A DNA stretch of 24,000 bases from Rickettsiales endosymbiont of Dermacentor nuttalli (GTDB lineage: Bacteria; Pseudomonadota; Alphaproteobacteria; Rickettsiales; Arcanibacteraceae): NCBI GenBank assembly GCA_048496475.1, contig JBGCXS010000002.1, positions 100,427 to 124,426 on the forward strand, given 5' to 3'. This document shows, in pieces, positions 1 through 7,801 of this stretch. The notes below the pieces were generated by a model. The model was not told the DNA's origin, searched no databases, and worked only from the letters and a program-made list of their open reading frames with translations. Position 1 is the stretch's first letter; the number at the start of each line of letters is the position of its first letter. Made by a program: the position numbers and the translations under genes.

Positions 1-566
1 TTCTGATTAATGATTACTAATCTTTCTTTATTGCCTTTGCCTTTAATTATAATGGTTTGTTGGGTTATACAAGGATTATATGGTGAAGAAAATTGTAAAT
101 TATTAAGTTTCATTGATATTAGTTCTGAGATGCGTAAGCCTGTGGCATATAGAGTTTCAAGCATTGCTGTTAGTCTTATGCCTTCATTAGACAGGTCAAG
201 TTTTGAGGTATTGATTAATGATTCAATTTCTTCTATAGATAGTACTCTAGGTAAAGACCTATCTTTTCTTGGTGCTTCTACAAGGAGCACAGGATTACTA
301 ATAATCAATTGTTCTGAATATAGGAATTTATAGAATTGTTTTAATGTAGAAATTTTACGTAAAATAGTTGATTTATTATACATTGAAAGTGATGATATAT
401 AGCTACGTAATATGATTATATCACATTCTAGACAATTTTTGTTTTGTTTATTAATAAAACTAAAAAAGGATACAAGATCTTTGCTATATGAGCTTATGGT
501 ATTTGGTGTTGCTGCACGTTCTGTAATTAGCATTTCTAAGAATAATTCAAGGTAATTATAATTCAT
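1..566 (-). CDS. xerD: Tyrosine recombinase XerD, N-terminal part (gene continues past the left edge of the window)
   Basis: Not in the ORF track because it is open at the edge. Manual translation of the minus strand from ATG (complement of 564-566) gives MNYNYLELFLEMLITERAATPNTISSYSKDLVSFF...LETLYATGLRISELISMKL...KGKGNKERLVIINQ. This shows the typical XerC/D core-binding domain and the first catalytic Arg box (ATGLRISEL). There is no stop down to position 3. Confidence 0.9.
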   Translation of the reverse strand, partial: MNYNYLELFLEMLITERAATPNTISSYSKDLVSFFSFINKQNKNCLECDIIILRSYISSLSMYNKSTILRKISTLKQFYKFLYSEQLIISNPVLLVEAPRKDRSLPRVLSIEEIESLINTSKLDLSNEGIRLTAMLETLYATGLRISELISMKLNNLQFSSPYNPCITQQTIIIKGKGNKERLVIINQ

Positions 567-695
567 AATATTGAACAATTAATTTAAATGGATTTTAAGT
601 TTAATTAAAAATATTATATAAACATACATTATTATATAGTAATAGGGTATTATTAATAATACAAAAGCTACCGATTTTATTATAATGGTTATAAT

Positions 696-1244
696 ATGGA
701 TAAAGAGTTAATAACAAAACCTATAGTTTTAATAGGCGTAATGGGTGTTGGAAAAACTACTATAGGTATGAAATTAGCACAGAAATTACAATTACCTTTC
801 ATTGATACAGATGTTGAAGTAGCAAAAAAAGCAGGGTGCTCAATTGCAGATATATTTAAATATCAAGGAGAAGAATATTTTGTAAATTTGGAAACTTTAG
901 TAATTCAGGAATGGTTAAAAGAGATTATAGTAATTTCAACAGGTGGTAAGGGTTTTGCTATACCAAAGAATAGAGTATTAATTAAAGAGCAAGCTATATC
1001 TATATGGTTGAAAGTAAGTTTTGATATTTTGTATGAAAGAGTATCTCGTAAAAAAACAAGACCATTGCTTGAGCAAGGTAATAAAGCTGTTATATTAAGG
1101 GATCTAATACAAAAATTATATCCTATATATGCTGAAGCAGATATTACAATTACTAGTGGCGATATGTCACATAATGTGATAGTAGATACTATAATTAGTG
1201 CATTAAGTCGATATATAGATGTAAGTACAAATACATCTAAATGA
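696..1244 (+). CDS. aroK: Shikimate kinase-like P-loop kinase
   Basis: 182 aa. It has Walker A GVMGVGKTT, a DTD motif, a lid-like SRKKTRPLL and AroK-like overall length. The shikimate-binding GGG motif reads STGGKGF (third Gly changed to Lys). Confidence 0.8.
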   Translation: MDKELITKPIVLIGVMGVGKTTIGMKLAQKLQLPFIDTDVEVAKKAGCSIADIFKYQGEEYFVNLETLVIQEWLKEIIVISTGGKGFAIPKNRVLIKEQAISIWLKVSFDILYERVSRKKTRPLLEQGNKAVILRDLIQKLYPIYAEADITITSGDMSHNVIVDTIISALSRYIDVSTNTSK

Positions 1245-1263
1245 GTTTTTATTAAAAAAAATT

Positions 1264-2535
1264 ATGATAGATTTGATAATAGTTGTTTTAAGTATAGTGC
1301 TGCTAATAATAATATCTGCATTTTTTTCTGCTGCTGAAACTTCCATTACTAGTATATCGCAGGCTACTTTACATAAATTAAAAATGTCTGGTCATAAAAA
1401 AGCCATTGTAGTTAGTAATATTCATTCTAACAAAGAGAAATTCATTAGTACTTTATTGCTTAGTAATAGTGCAAGTAACACATGTGCTGCAGCACTATGT
1501 ACAACTTTTATGATTACTATTCTTGGGAATAAAGAAACAACTATTATATATGCTAGTATTTTAATGACAATTGTAATATTTATGTTTGGAGAAGTTTTGC
1601 CTAAAAGTTATGCATTTTTATATCCGGAAAGGACTGCATTTTTTACAGCACCGGTAATTAGCTTATTAATGAAAATATTATCGCCAGTGGCATACTCTAT
1701 ACAGATTATTATTAATTTATTATTACCTTTAAAAGTACGTTATAAATCTAATTATTCAGTTATTTCCGGGACAGAAGAGCTAAGGGGAGCAATTGATTTA
1801 CATCATCATAAAGGTTCCGTAGTGAAGACAGAGCGAGATATGCTCGATAGTATATTAGACTTATCAGAAACTACAGTTAGTAGTGTTATGGTGCATAGAA
1901 AAAAATTGTTTACCATAGATATTGATTTACCTATAGAACAGATAATAGATATGGCTTTAAGTGGTACTTATACTCGTATACCTTTGTGGAAAGATGATCC
2001 AGATAATATAGTTTCAATTTTGCATTTGCGTGATCTAGTTAGGGTATTACGTAATAGTAAAGGTAGCTTAAATCAGGATGATTTAAGTTCTATGATAACA
2101 TCCCCTTGGTTTGTACTGGAAAATACATCGCTTGCTGTACAGTTACACGAATTTCGCAAACGTCGTAATCATTTTGCTTTAGTTATAGACGAATATGGTG
2201 ATTTGTTAGGTGTTGTTACTTTAGAGGATATATTAGAAGAGATTGTAGGCCAAATAGAGGATGAACATGATACTATATCCCAAGGCATAAAAGTACTTTC
2301 TCCTACGACATATATAATTGAAGGTGAAGTAACTATACGGGATATCAATAGAGAATTAGGTTGGAAACTACCAGATGAACAGGTAAGTACGCTCGCGGGT
2401 CTTATTATGTATGATACAGAAATAGTGCCTGAAGTAGGAGAAATGTGTGAGTTATATGGAATTAAGTTTACAATTATAGAAAAATACTATAATCAAATCT
2501 CTAAAATAAAAGCAGAAATATTACCTAAAGATTAG
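1264..2535 (+). CDS. CNNM/DUF21-CBS pair-CorC_HlyC family membrane protein (hemolysin C / Mg-Co efflux-like)
   Basis: 423 aa. The hydrophobic N-terminal ~190 aa contain GEVLPKS (DUF21 signature). This is followed by a CBS-pair region (VMVHRKKLFTIDID...RIPLW) and a C-terminal transporter-associated domain (ALVIDEYGDLLGVVTLEDILEEIVG). Confidence 0.85.
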   Translation: MIDLIIVVLSIVLLIIISAFFSAAETSITSISQATLHKLKMSGHKKAIVVSNIHSNKEKFISTLLLSNSASNTCAAALCTTFMITILGNKETTIIYASILMTIVIFMFGEVLPKSYAFLYPERTAFFTAPVISLLMKILSPVAYSIQIIINLLLPLKVRYKSNYSVISGTEELRGAIDLHHHKGSVVKTERDMLDSILDLSETTVSSVMVHRKKLFTIDIDLPIEQIIDMALSGTYTRIPLWKDDPDNIVSILHLRDLVRVLRNSKGSLNQDDLSSMITSPWFVLENTSLAVQLHEFRKRRNHFALVIDEYGDLLGVVTLEDILEEIVGQIEDEHDTISQGIKVLSPTTYIIEGEVTIRDINRELGWKLPDEQVSTLAGLIMYDTEIVPEVGEMCELYGIKFTIIEKYYNQISKIKAEILPKD

Positions 2536-2587
2536 ATTTAGCATTAAACTTCTATCTTGATGGAAGAAGATATTTGGATATAAAACT

Positions 2588-3592
2588 ATGCAATTCTTAG
2601 ATGAAGTAAAGATATACGTAAAAGCAGGTGATGGTGGTGGGGGTTGTGTAAGTTTTCGGCGTGAAAAAAATATTCCTTTTGGAGGGCCAGATGGTGGTAA
2701 TGGTGGAAAAGGAGGGGATATAATATTACGTGCTATATCTGGGCTTAATACTCTTATAGACTTTCGTTATAAACAACATTTTAAGGCTCGTAATGGGAAA
2801 CATGGTAAAGGGAGTAATAGAAATGGTTTATCTGCACCTACGATAGTGTTGAATGTGCCTGTAGGTACTCAAGTTTTTGATGCTGAAAGAGAAATATTAA
2901 TTGCTGATTGTAATAAAGTAGGGCAGGAAGTTTTATTAGTAAAAGGTGGAAATGGTGGTGTCGGTAACACTTATTATAAGAGTTCTATTAATAGGGCACC
3001 TAAAAAAGCTATGCCTGGTTTTGAAGGGGAGGAATTATGGGTGTGGCTTAAACTTAAACTGCTTGCTGATGCAGGATTAGTAGGTTTGCCAAATGCAGGG
3101 AAATCAACTCTTCTTTCGAATATTTCTGCAGCAAAGCCTAAGATTGCAGATTATCCATTTACTACACTGAAACCTCAACTTGGTGTAGTATATATAGATG
3201 AGTATGAATTTGTAGTTGCTGATATTCCAGGATTAATAGAAAATGCTTCACTTGGAGCTGGTTTAGGTCATAGATTCTTGAAACATATAGAAAGATGTAA
3301 AGTATTAGTGCATTTAATAGATGGTACAAATGAAGATGTTATTCATGATTATAATACTATACGTAATGAATTAAAAAATTATGATGATATGCTTATAAAT
3401 AAAAAAGAATTTATAGTACTCAATAAAAGTGATGCTCTTACGAATGAAGAGTTAGAATATAAAAGGAATATTTTAAGCAAAATTAATGATCAAGAGATAC
3501 ATGTAATATCTGGAGTAACTGGTCATGGGGTAGAAAAAATTCTGAGACTGGTGCAACAACAATTAATATCTCTTGAAAATCAAATAAGTTGA
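2588..3592 (+). CDS. obg: GTPase Obg/CgtA
   Basis: 334 aa. The Gly-rich Obg fold reads FLDEVKIYVKAGDGGGGCVSFRREKNIPFGGPDGGNGGKGGDI. GTPase motifs are G1 GLPNAGKST, G3 DIPGLIE and G4 NKSD. Confidence 0.95.
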   Translation: MQFLDEVKIYVKAGDGGGGCVSFRREKNIPFGGPDGGNGGKGGDIILRAISGLNTLIDFRYKQHFKARNGKHGKGSNRNGLSAPTIVLNVPVGTQVFDAEREILIADCNKVGQEVLLVKGGNGGVGNTYYKSSINRAPKKAMPGFEGEELWVWLKLKLLADAGLVGLPNAGKSTLLSNISAAKPKIADYPFTTLKPQLGVVYIDEYEFVVADIPGLIENASLGAGLGHRFLKHIERCKVLVHLIDGTNEDVIHDYNTIRNELKNYDDMLINKKEFIVLNKSDALTNEELEYKRNILSKINDQEIHVISGVTGHGVEKILRLVQQQLISLENQIS

Positions 3593-3767
3593 TATAATTA
3601 AAATAAAAGGTGTAGTTCAGTTATTTATGTATACGAAAATAAAAAGCAAATATTTTTATTGACCTAATTCTTATATGAATATAAAGATTCTATCTAAATA
3701 GATTAAAACACAAAATAAACTTATATTATTATTTAGATGTTCATTATCTTTAGTATAACAAAATGAA

Positions 3768-4688
3768 ATGATATATAATTCTGATACACACTATAAGTTT
3801 TCTTATGCTGAATTAAAATATGTGGAGATAAGTCCACAAATTGTAGACTTATTAGGATATACAGCTGAAGAAGTATTATTAATAGGCTTTACTAAGCTAA
3901 TAATAAAAGCACGTATTATTTCCAAAGACCAAATAATAGATATAGAGATGCAGGAATTATGTGTGGCTATACAAAATAAATGTAAGAATCTTGAAAAATG
4001 GGAAGCAGATTATTTAGTGCAAAGAAAAGATGGAGGTGTGATATGGATATCTGATATTGCATATCCATGGTATGATCACAATAAAAATATGATAGGAGTT
4101 TTTGGTTGTCTGCGAGATATAACTTCTAGGGTAAAGGCTGAGAATGCATATAAAGAAAAACTACTCAAACAGGTATATACTGATCCTCTTACAAGTTTGG
4201 CTAATAGAAGATGTTTTTTTGAACATTTAGATTCTACAATTACCAATAATATTAATAGAAGTGTTTCGATATTATTATTAGATTTAGATTATTTTAAGCG
4301 TATTAATGATCAATATGGTCATTATGTAGGGGATCAGATTTTACAAGGCGTAGCTGACAAAATACGAAGTTGTATAAGGTCTACAGATATAGCAGCACGT
4401 TTAGGAGGAGAAGAATTTGGAATCTATTTACCAGATACAGAATTAGAAAAAGCGAGAGAGGTTGCACAACGTTTACGTAAAGTTATTAATGATTCTACTT
4501 TTATCTTACAAGAGCATAATTTTACAATTAGTTGTACGGTGTCAGTAGGAGTTGCTTCTACATCATCGATTTCTTCTACTACCCTTACAGATTTATATAA
4601 ATTAGCAGATAAAAGATTATATAAGGCTAAAGCTACTGGTCGTAATCAAGTCTCAGTAGAAGATGATTATACATGTGTAATAAATTAA
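3768..4688 (+). CDS. PAS-domain diguanylate cyclase (PAS-GGDEF)
   Basis: 306 aa. The N-terminus is PAS-like (LLGYTAEEVL...RKDGGVIWISDIAYPW...GVFGCLRDITSRVKAE). The C-terminal GGDEF domain (DPLTSLANRR, DLDYFKRINDQYGH) has active site GGEEF at nt 4404-4418 and an RSTD I-site exactly 5 residues upstream (nt 4377-4388). Confidence 0.9.
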   Translation: MIYNSDTHYKFSYAELKYVEISPQIVDLLGYTAEEVLLIGFTKLIIKARIISKDQIIDIEMQELCVAIQNKCKNLEKWEADYLVQRKDGGVIWISDIAYPWYDHNKNMIGVFGCLRDITSRVKAENAYKEKLLKQVYTDPLTSLANRRCFFEHLDSTITNNINRSVSILLLDLDYFKRINDQYGHYVGDQILQGVADKIRSCIRSTDIAARLGGEEFGIYLPDTELEKAREVAQRLRKVINDSTFILQEHNFTISCTVSVGVASTSSISSTTLTDLYKLADKRLYKAKATGRNQVSVEDDYTCVIN

Positions 4689-4707
4689 CATTACTGTAGG
4701 ATAAAAG

Positions 4708-4743
4708 CTAATTTAGCATGTTAAGTTTAACATGCTAAATTAG
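4708..4743. terminator. Perfect inverted repeat (17-nt arms, 2-nt centre), likely an intrinsic terminator hairpin
   Basis: ctaatttagcatgttaa-gt-ttaacatgctaaattag, located 20 nt after the GGDEF stop codon. On the minus strand the hairpin is followed by CTTTTAT. On the plus strand it is followed by AAAAAAGTTTT, so the U-tract fits the minus-strand direction better. Confidence 0.5.
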
Positions 4744-4862
4744 AAAAAAGTTTTAAAGTTCATTATGTAGATGAGATCATGACCATTTTTATGACATATT
4801 TTCCCTTGTAGATTTACAATCATTTTCCTGTAAATCCGTTTGTTCTTTTGTAAGAGCAATAG

Positions 4863-5271
4863 TTATATCGTCTTCGACAGGAGAAGATGGTAGATATTGC
4901 CTATTTCTTTGATTAAGACTAAATAATCCCGACCTAATGCAGCTGTACTAGAATCATAATGCTCTTTAGAAAGATAAATCTCCCAATAGCTAGGGTTATG
5001 AGGCACGTGAGTGCAATATTGAATTTAAAATACCCATCCTTAATTTTAATTTTTTCTTTCACTTTATCTAAATTAGTATACTCCGCCACATTAGTACTAA
5101 ATTCATGTTGTTGAATGAATAAGTATTACTTTCTAAAAATGTTTTACGACATGTCAAGTTTGGAATGCCGCTTCCATCTGGTGGCAAGTAGAGACCTCCA
5201 TCTTTATTACATTTAACTTGTCGTGCTATTGTAGAAGAGCTATAGTACTTTAATATTGGCAAAGTAAGCAT
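4863..5271 (-). pseudogene. Possible decayed gene of unknown function (two minus-strand open frames broken by a frame change)
   Basis: The track ORF 5068-5271 (67 aa, no SD sequence) is followed in a different frame by an ATG-less open stretch at 4863-5039. That stretch reads GWVFKIQYCTHVPHNPSYWEIYLSKEHYDSSTAALGRDYLVLIKEIGNIYHLLLSKTI. I recognise no family, and the locus sits in an otherwise empty 720-bp spacer. Confidence 0.3.
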
Positions 5272-5408
5272 ATATATCTACGTAAAGCATAATGATTTTA
5301 ACTATCTTCTTAGCATAATAGAATTTTTTAAATATTAATGAATGAAGATTTTTGCTAATAAATAATAAAAATATAAACTAAGATGTAAAATATTTTGCAA
5401 TAACATTT

Positions 5409-7322
5409 TTATTTATGGTAAAAAGATTCTTCTTCATAAATTTCTTTCAGGATTTGCAAATCCATTGCTGTATTATTACTGAGACTATTAGTCATAAATT
5501 CTTTCCATATATAAGCAGGAATAGTACCTCCAGTAACTTTTTTCATAGGTTGATTATTATCATTACCTACCCATACTCCAGCCGTAAGATCATCTGTAAA
5601 CCCTATAAACCAGGCATCTCGATAATTTTGAGTAGTGCCAGTTTTGCCATATGCTGTCTTTCCTTCTAGTTCTGCAGATTTACCTGTACCTATGGATACA
5701 GCGCTTCTGAGCAGTATTTTAAGGCTTGATACGGTTTTCGTGCTTAGAATGCGTAAAGAGGTTGATGTTTGTCTTGTATATAAGATGTTACCGTTTTTGG
5801 TATATATAGATTTAATACCATATGGCCATAATGCATAGCCGTTATTAGATATAGTGGCAAAGGCGCTAGTTAACTCTAATAGATTTACCTCAACGCTTCC
5901 TAAAGCAAGGCTTGGATGAGAGTGTATATAAGATGTAATACCTAATTTGTGAGTAAGGTTTATTACTTTTGTTCTACCGATACTTTCAGAAAGTTTAACA
6001 GATGCAGTATTGATAGAACGTGCGAATGCTTCTTCGAGAGAAATATCTCCTAAATGTTTACGTATATAATTTTTAGGTTGCCATCCTCCTATTGTAATAG
6101 GAGAGTCAGAAATTATACTATCAATATTATATCCGTGTTCTAGTGCAGCTGCATAAACAAATAACTTAAATACAGAACCAGCTTGTCTTTGGGCTTGTAC
6201 TGCTCTATTAAATGTACTTATATGATAATTCGTGCCACCTACCATAGCTAGTACTTCACCATGCTTTGATAAAACTACTATAGCTGCTTCAGAGATGTTG
6301 AATTTTTTACCATATAAATTGATAATCTTCTTAATAGCTTCTTCAGCATGCTGTTCTAATTTTAGATCAAGTGTGGTTTTGATAATGAGGTCAGAATCCA
6401 TATCATTAGTAAAATTGCTGATTTGGTCTACTATCCAGGTTGCAAAATATAAGTTTTTTAGCTGTCCAAGTGCAGATGTATTAAGTAATACTATACTATA
6501 TTTTGTAGCCTCAATATCTTTATCTGTAATAAATCCAGTCTCTTTCATATTAAGTAAAATTTGGAATGCGCGTTTACCAGATAATTCAGCATTTCTAAAG
6601 GGTGTATAGCGTGAAGGAGTTTTTAATAAACCAGCTATAATGGCTGCTTCATAGAGATTGATTTGTGCTACATCTTTACTAAAATAATATTTAGCTGCAG
6701 CATCAATACCATATATTCCTGAACCTAAATATACTCTATTTAAATATATTGCTAATATTTGTTGTTTAGTAAATTTGCTTTCTAGCATTAAAGCTAGTAC
6801 TAATTCTTGTATTTTACGTTTTATGGTGCGCTTAGGTGTAAGAAAAATAATTTTAGCTAACTGTTGAGAGATAGTACTGCCACCTTGTACAACATATCCA
6901 GCCTTATAGTTTATGTAAGTAGCGCGCATTAATCCTATAATATCAATGCCTGGATGAGAAAAAAAGCGTCTATCTTCAGTTGCTAAAACTGCTTGTATAA
7001 GCACTTTAGGTATATGTGGAAAATCAATGTAATTACCATATAAATCTCCAAAATGTGCTAGAATTTCATTATTGTTATTAAGTAACGTAATAGATCTTTG
7101 TTTTTTTAATTGTTCAAGTTTACTTAAATCTGGTAAATCATGACTGTAATAGAGTAAAATACTACTAATTATAGTAATCAGCCATATTGCTATTATTAGT
7201 GTCCATTTGCCTAAATATTTAAAAATTATCAATAAGATAGAATTTTTTTTAGTAGATTTCTTATGATTACTCTTAGATTTTTTAGTAGGAGAAAGTTTGT
7301 TGTGTTTAGATGATGGAGACAT
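5409..7322 (-). CDS. mrcA: Class A penicillin-binding protein (bifunctional transglycosylase/transpeptidase, PBP1A-like)
   Basis: 637 aa. A Lys-rich cytoplasmic tail precedes one TM segment. GT51 motifs are EDRRFFSHPGID and GGSTISQQLAK. Transpeptidase motifs are SxxK (GSVFKLF), SxN (SIN) and KTG (YGKTGTT). Confidence 0.92.
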   Translation of the reverse strand: MSPSSKHNKLSPTKKSKSNHKKSTKKNSILLIIFKYLGKWTLIIAIWLITIISSILLYYSHDLPDLSKLEQLKKQRSITLLNNNNEILAHFGDLYGNYIDFPHIPKVLIQAVLATEDRRFFSHPGIDIIGLMRATYINYKAGYVVQGGSTISQQLAKIIFLTPKRTIKRKIQELVLALMLESKFTKQQILAIYLNRVYLGSGIYGIDAAAKYYFSKDVAQINLYEAAIIAGLLKTPSRYTPFRNAELSGKRAFQILLNMKETGFITDKDIEATKYSIVLLNTSALGQLKNLYFATWIVDQISNFTNDMDSDLIIKTTLDLKLEQHAEEAIKKIINLYGKKFNISEAAIVVLSKHGEVLAMVGGTNYHISTFNRAVQAQRQAGSVFKLFVYAAALEHGYNIDSIISDSPITIGGWQPKNYIRKHLGDISLEEAFARSINTASVKLSESIGRTKVINLTHKLGITSYIHSHPSLALGSVEVNLLELTSAFATISNNGYALWPYGIKSIYTKNGNILYTRQTSTSLRILSTKTVSSLKILLRSAVSIGTGKSAELEGKTAYGKTGTTQNYRDAWFIGFTDDLTAGVWVGNDNNQPMKKVTGGTIPAYIWKEFMTNSLSNNTAMDLQILKEIYEEESFYHK

Positions 7323-7371
7323 TTAAGTATTTTGATGTTTAGTATTATGCTTAAGTTTGTACAAATTTTCA

Positions 7372-7400
7372 TTGCATTGTTTTATACATAGCAATATAAA
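7372..7400 (+). promoter_or_regulatory. Candidate sigma70-type promoter for cyaY
   Basis: TTGCAT (7372-7377), a 17-nt spacer and TATAAA (7395-7400), about 50 nt upstream of the cyaY ATG. In DNA this AT-rich such matches are frequent by chance. Confidence 0.25.
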
Positions 7401-7451
7401 TATAAAAGTATATTAGTAGTATAACAAATTAATTATTATATAGGAATATAC

Positions 7452-7751
7452 ATGGAATTTAATATTTTGGCCATAAAGGGTTTAGAAAATTTATTTGAGA
7501 AACTTGAAAATAGTAAAGAATTTAATGATCTAGAAATAGAATTTGAAAATAACGAGGTATTATATATAGTTTCAGAGAATAAACAAGAATATGTAATTAA
7601 TAAACACTCTCCCTCACAGCAGATTTGGGTATCTTCTCCCTTGAGTGGTGCATCTTATTTTTCTTATGATAATTCAAAAGGATTATGGCTTGATAAGCAG
7701 GGTAGAGAATTAGAATCTCTTATAATAAATGAACTGAGATGTATTATATAA
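7452..7751 (+). CDS. cyaY: Frataxin-like iron-sulfur cluster assembly protein CyaY
   Basis: 99 aa, with an acidic N-terminal helix region. The CyaY/frataxin core reads YVINKHSPSQQIWVSSPLSGASYFSYD...GLWLDKQGRELESLI. An AGGA lies 7 nt upstream of the ATG. Confidence 0.85.
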   Translation: MEFNILAIKGLENLFEKLENSKEFNDLEIEFENNEVLYIVSENKQEYVINKHSPSQQIWVSSPLSGASYFSYDNSKGLWLDKQGRELESLIINELRCII

Positions 7752-7801
7752 AAATTATTGATACTAAAACTAAAGGGCAACGTACCTATACTACGAAATA
7801 T

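Noticed and set aside
10-333. Track ORF, 107 aa, plus strand
   Set aside because: It lies entirely antisense to the clearly recognisable xerD reading frame (minus strand, 1-566). Its peptide is low-complexity and has no SD, so it is a shadow ORF.
5415-6609. Three plus-strand track ORFs (5415-5669, 5635-5838, 6232-6609) inside the PBP1A gene
   Set aside because: They are antisense to a gene with all GT51 and transpeptidase motifs intact. In AT-rich genomes codon bias keeps antisense frames open. No motifs or ribosome-binding sites support them.
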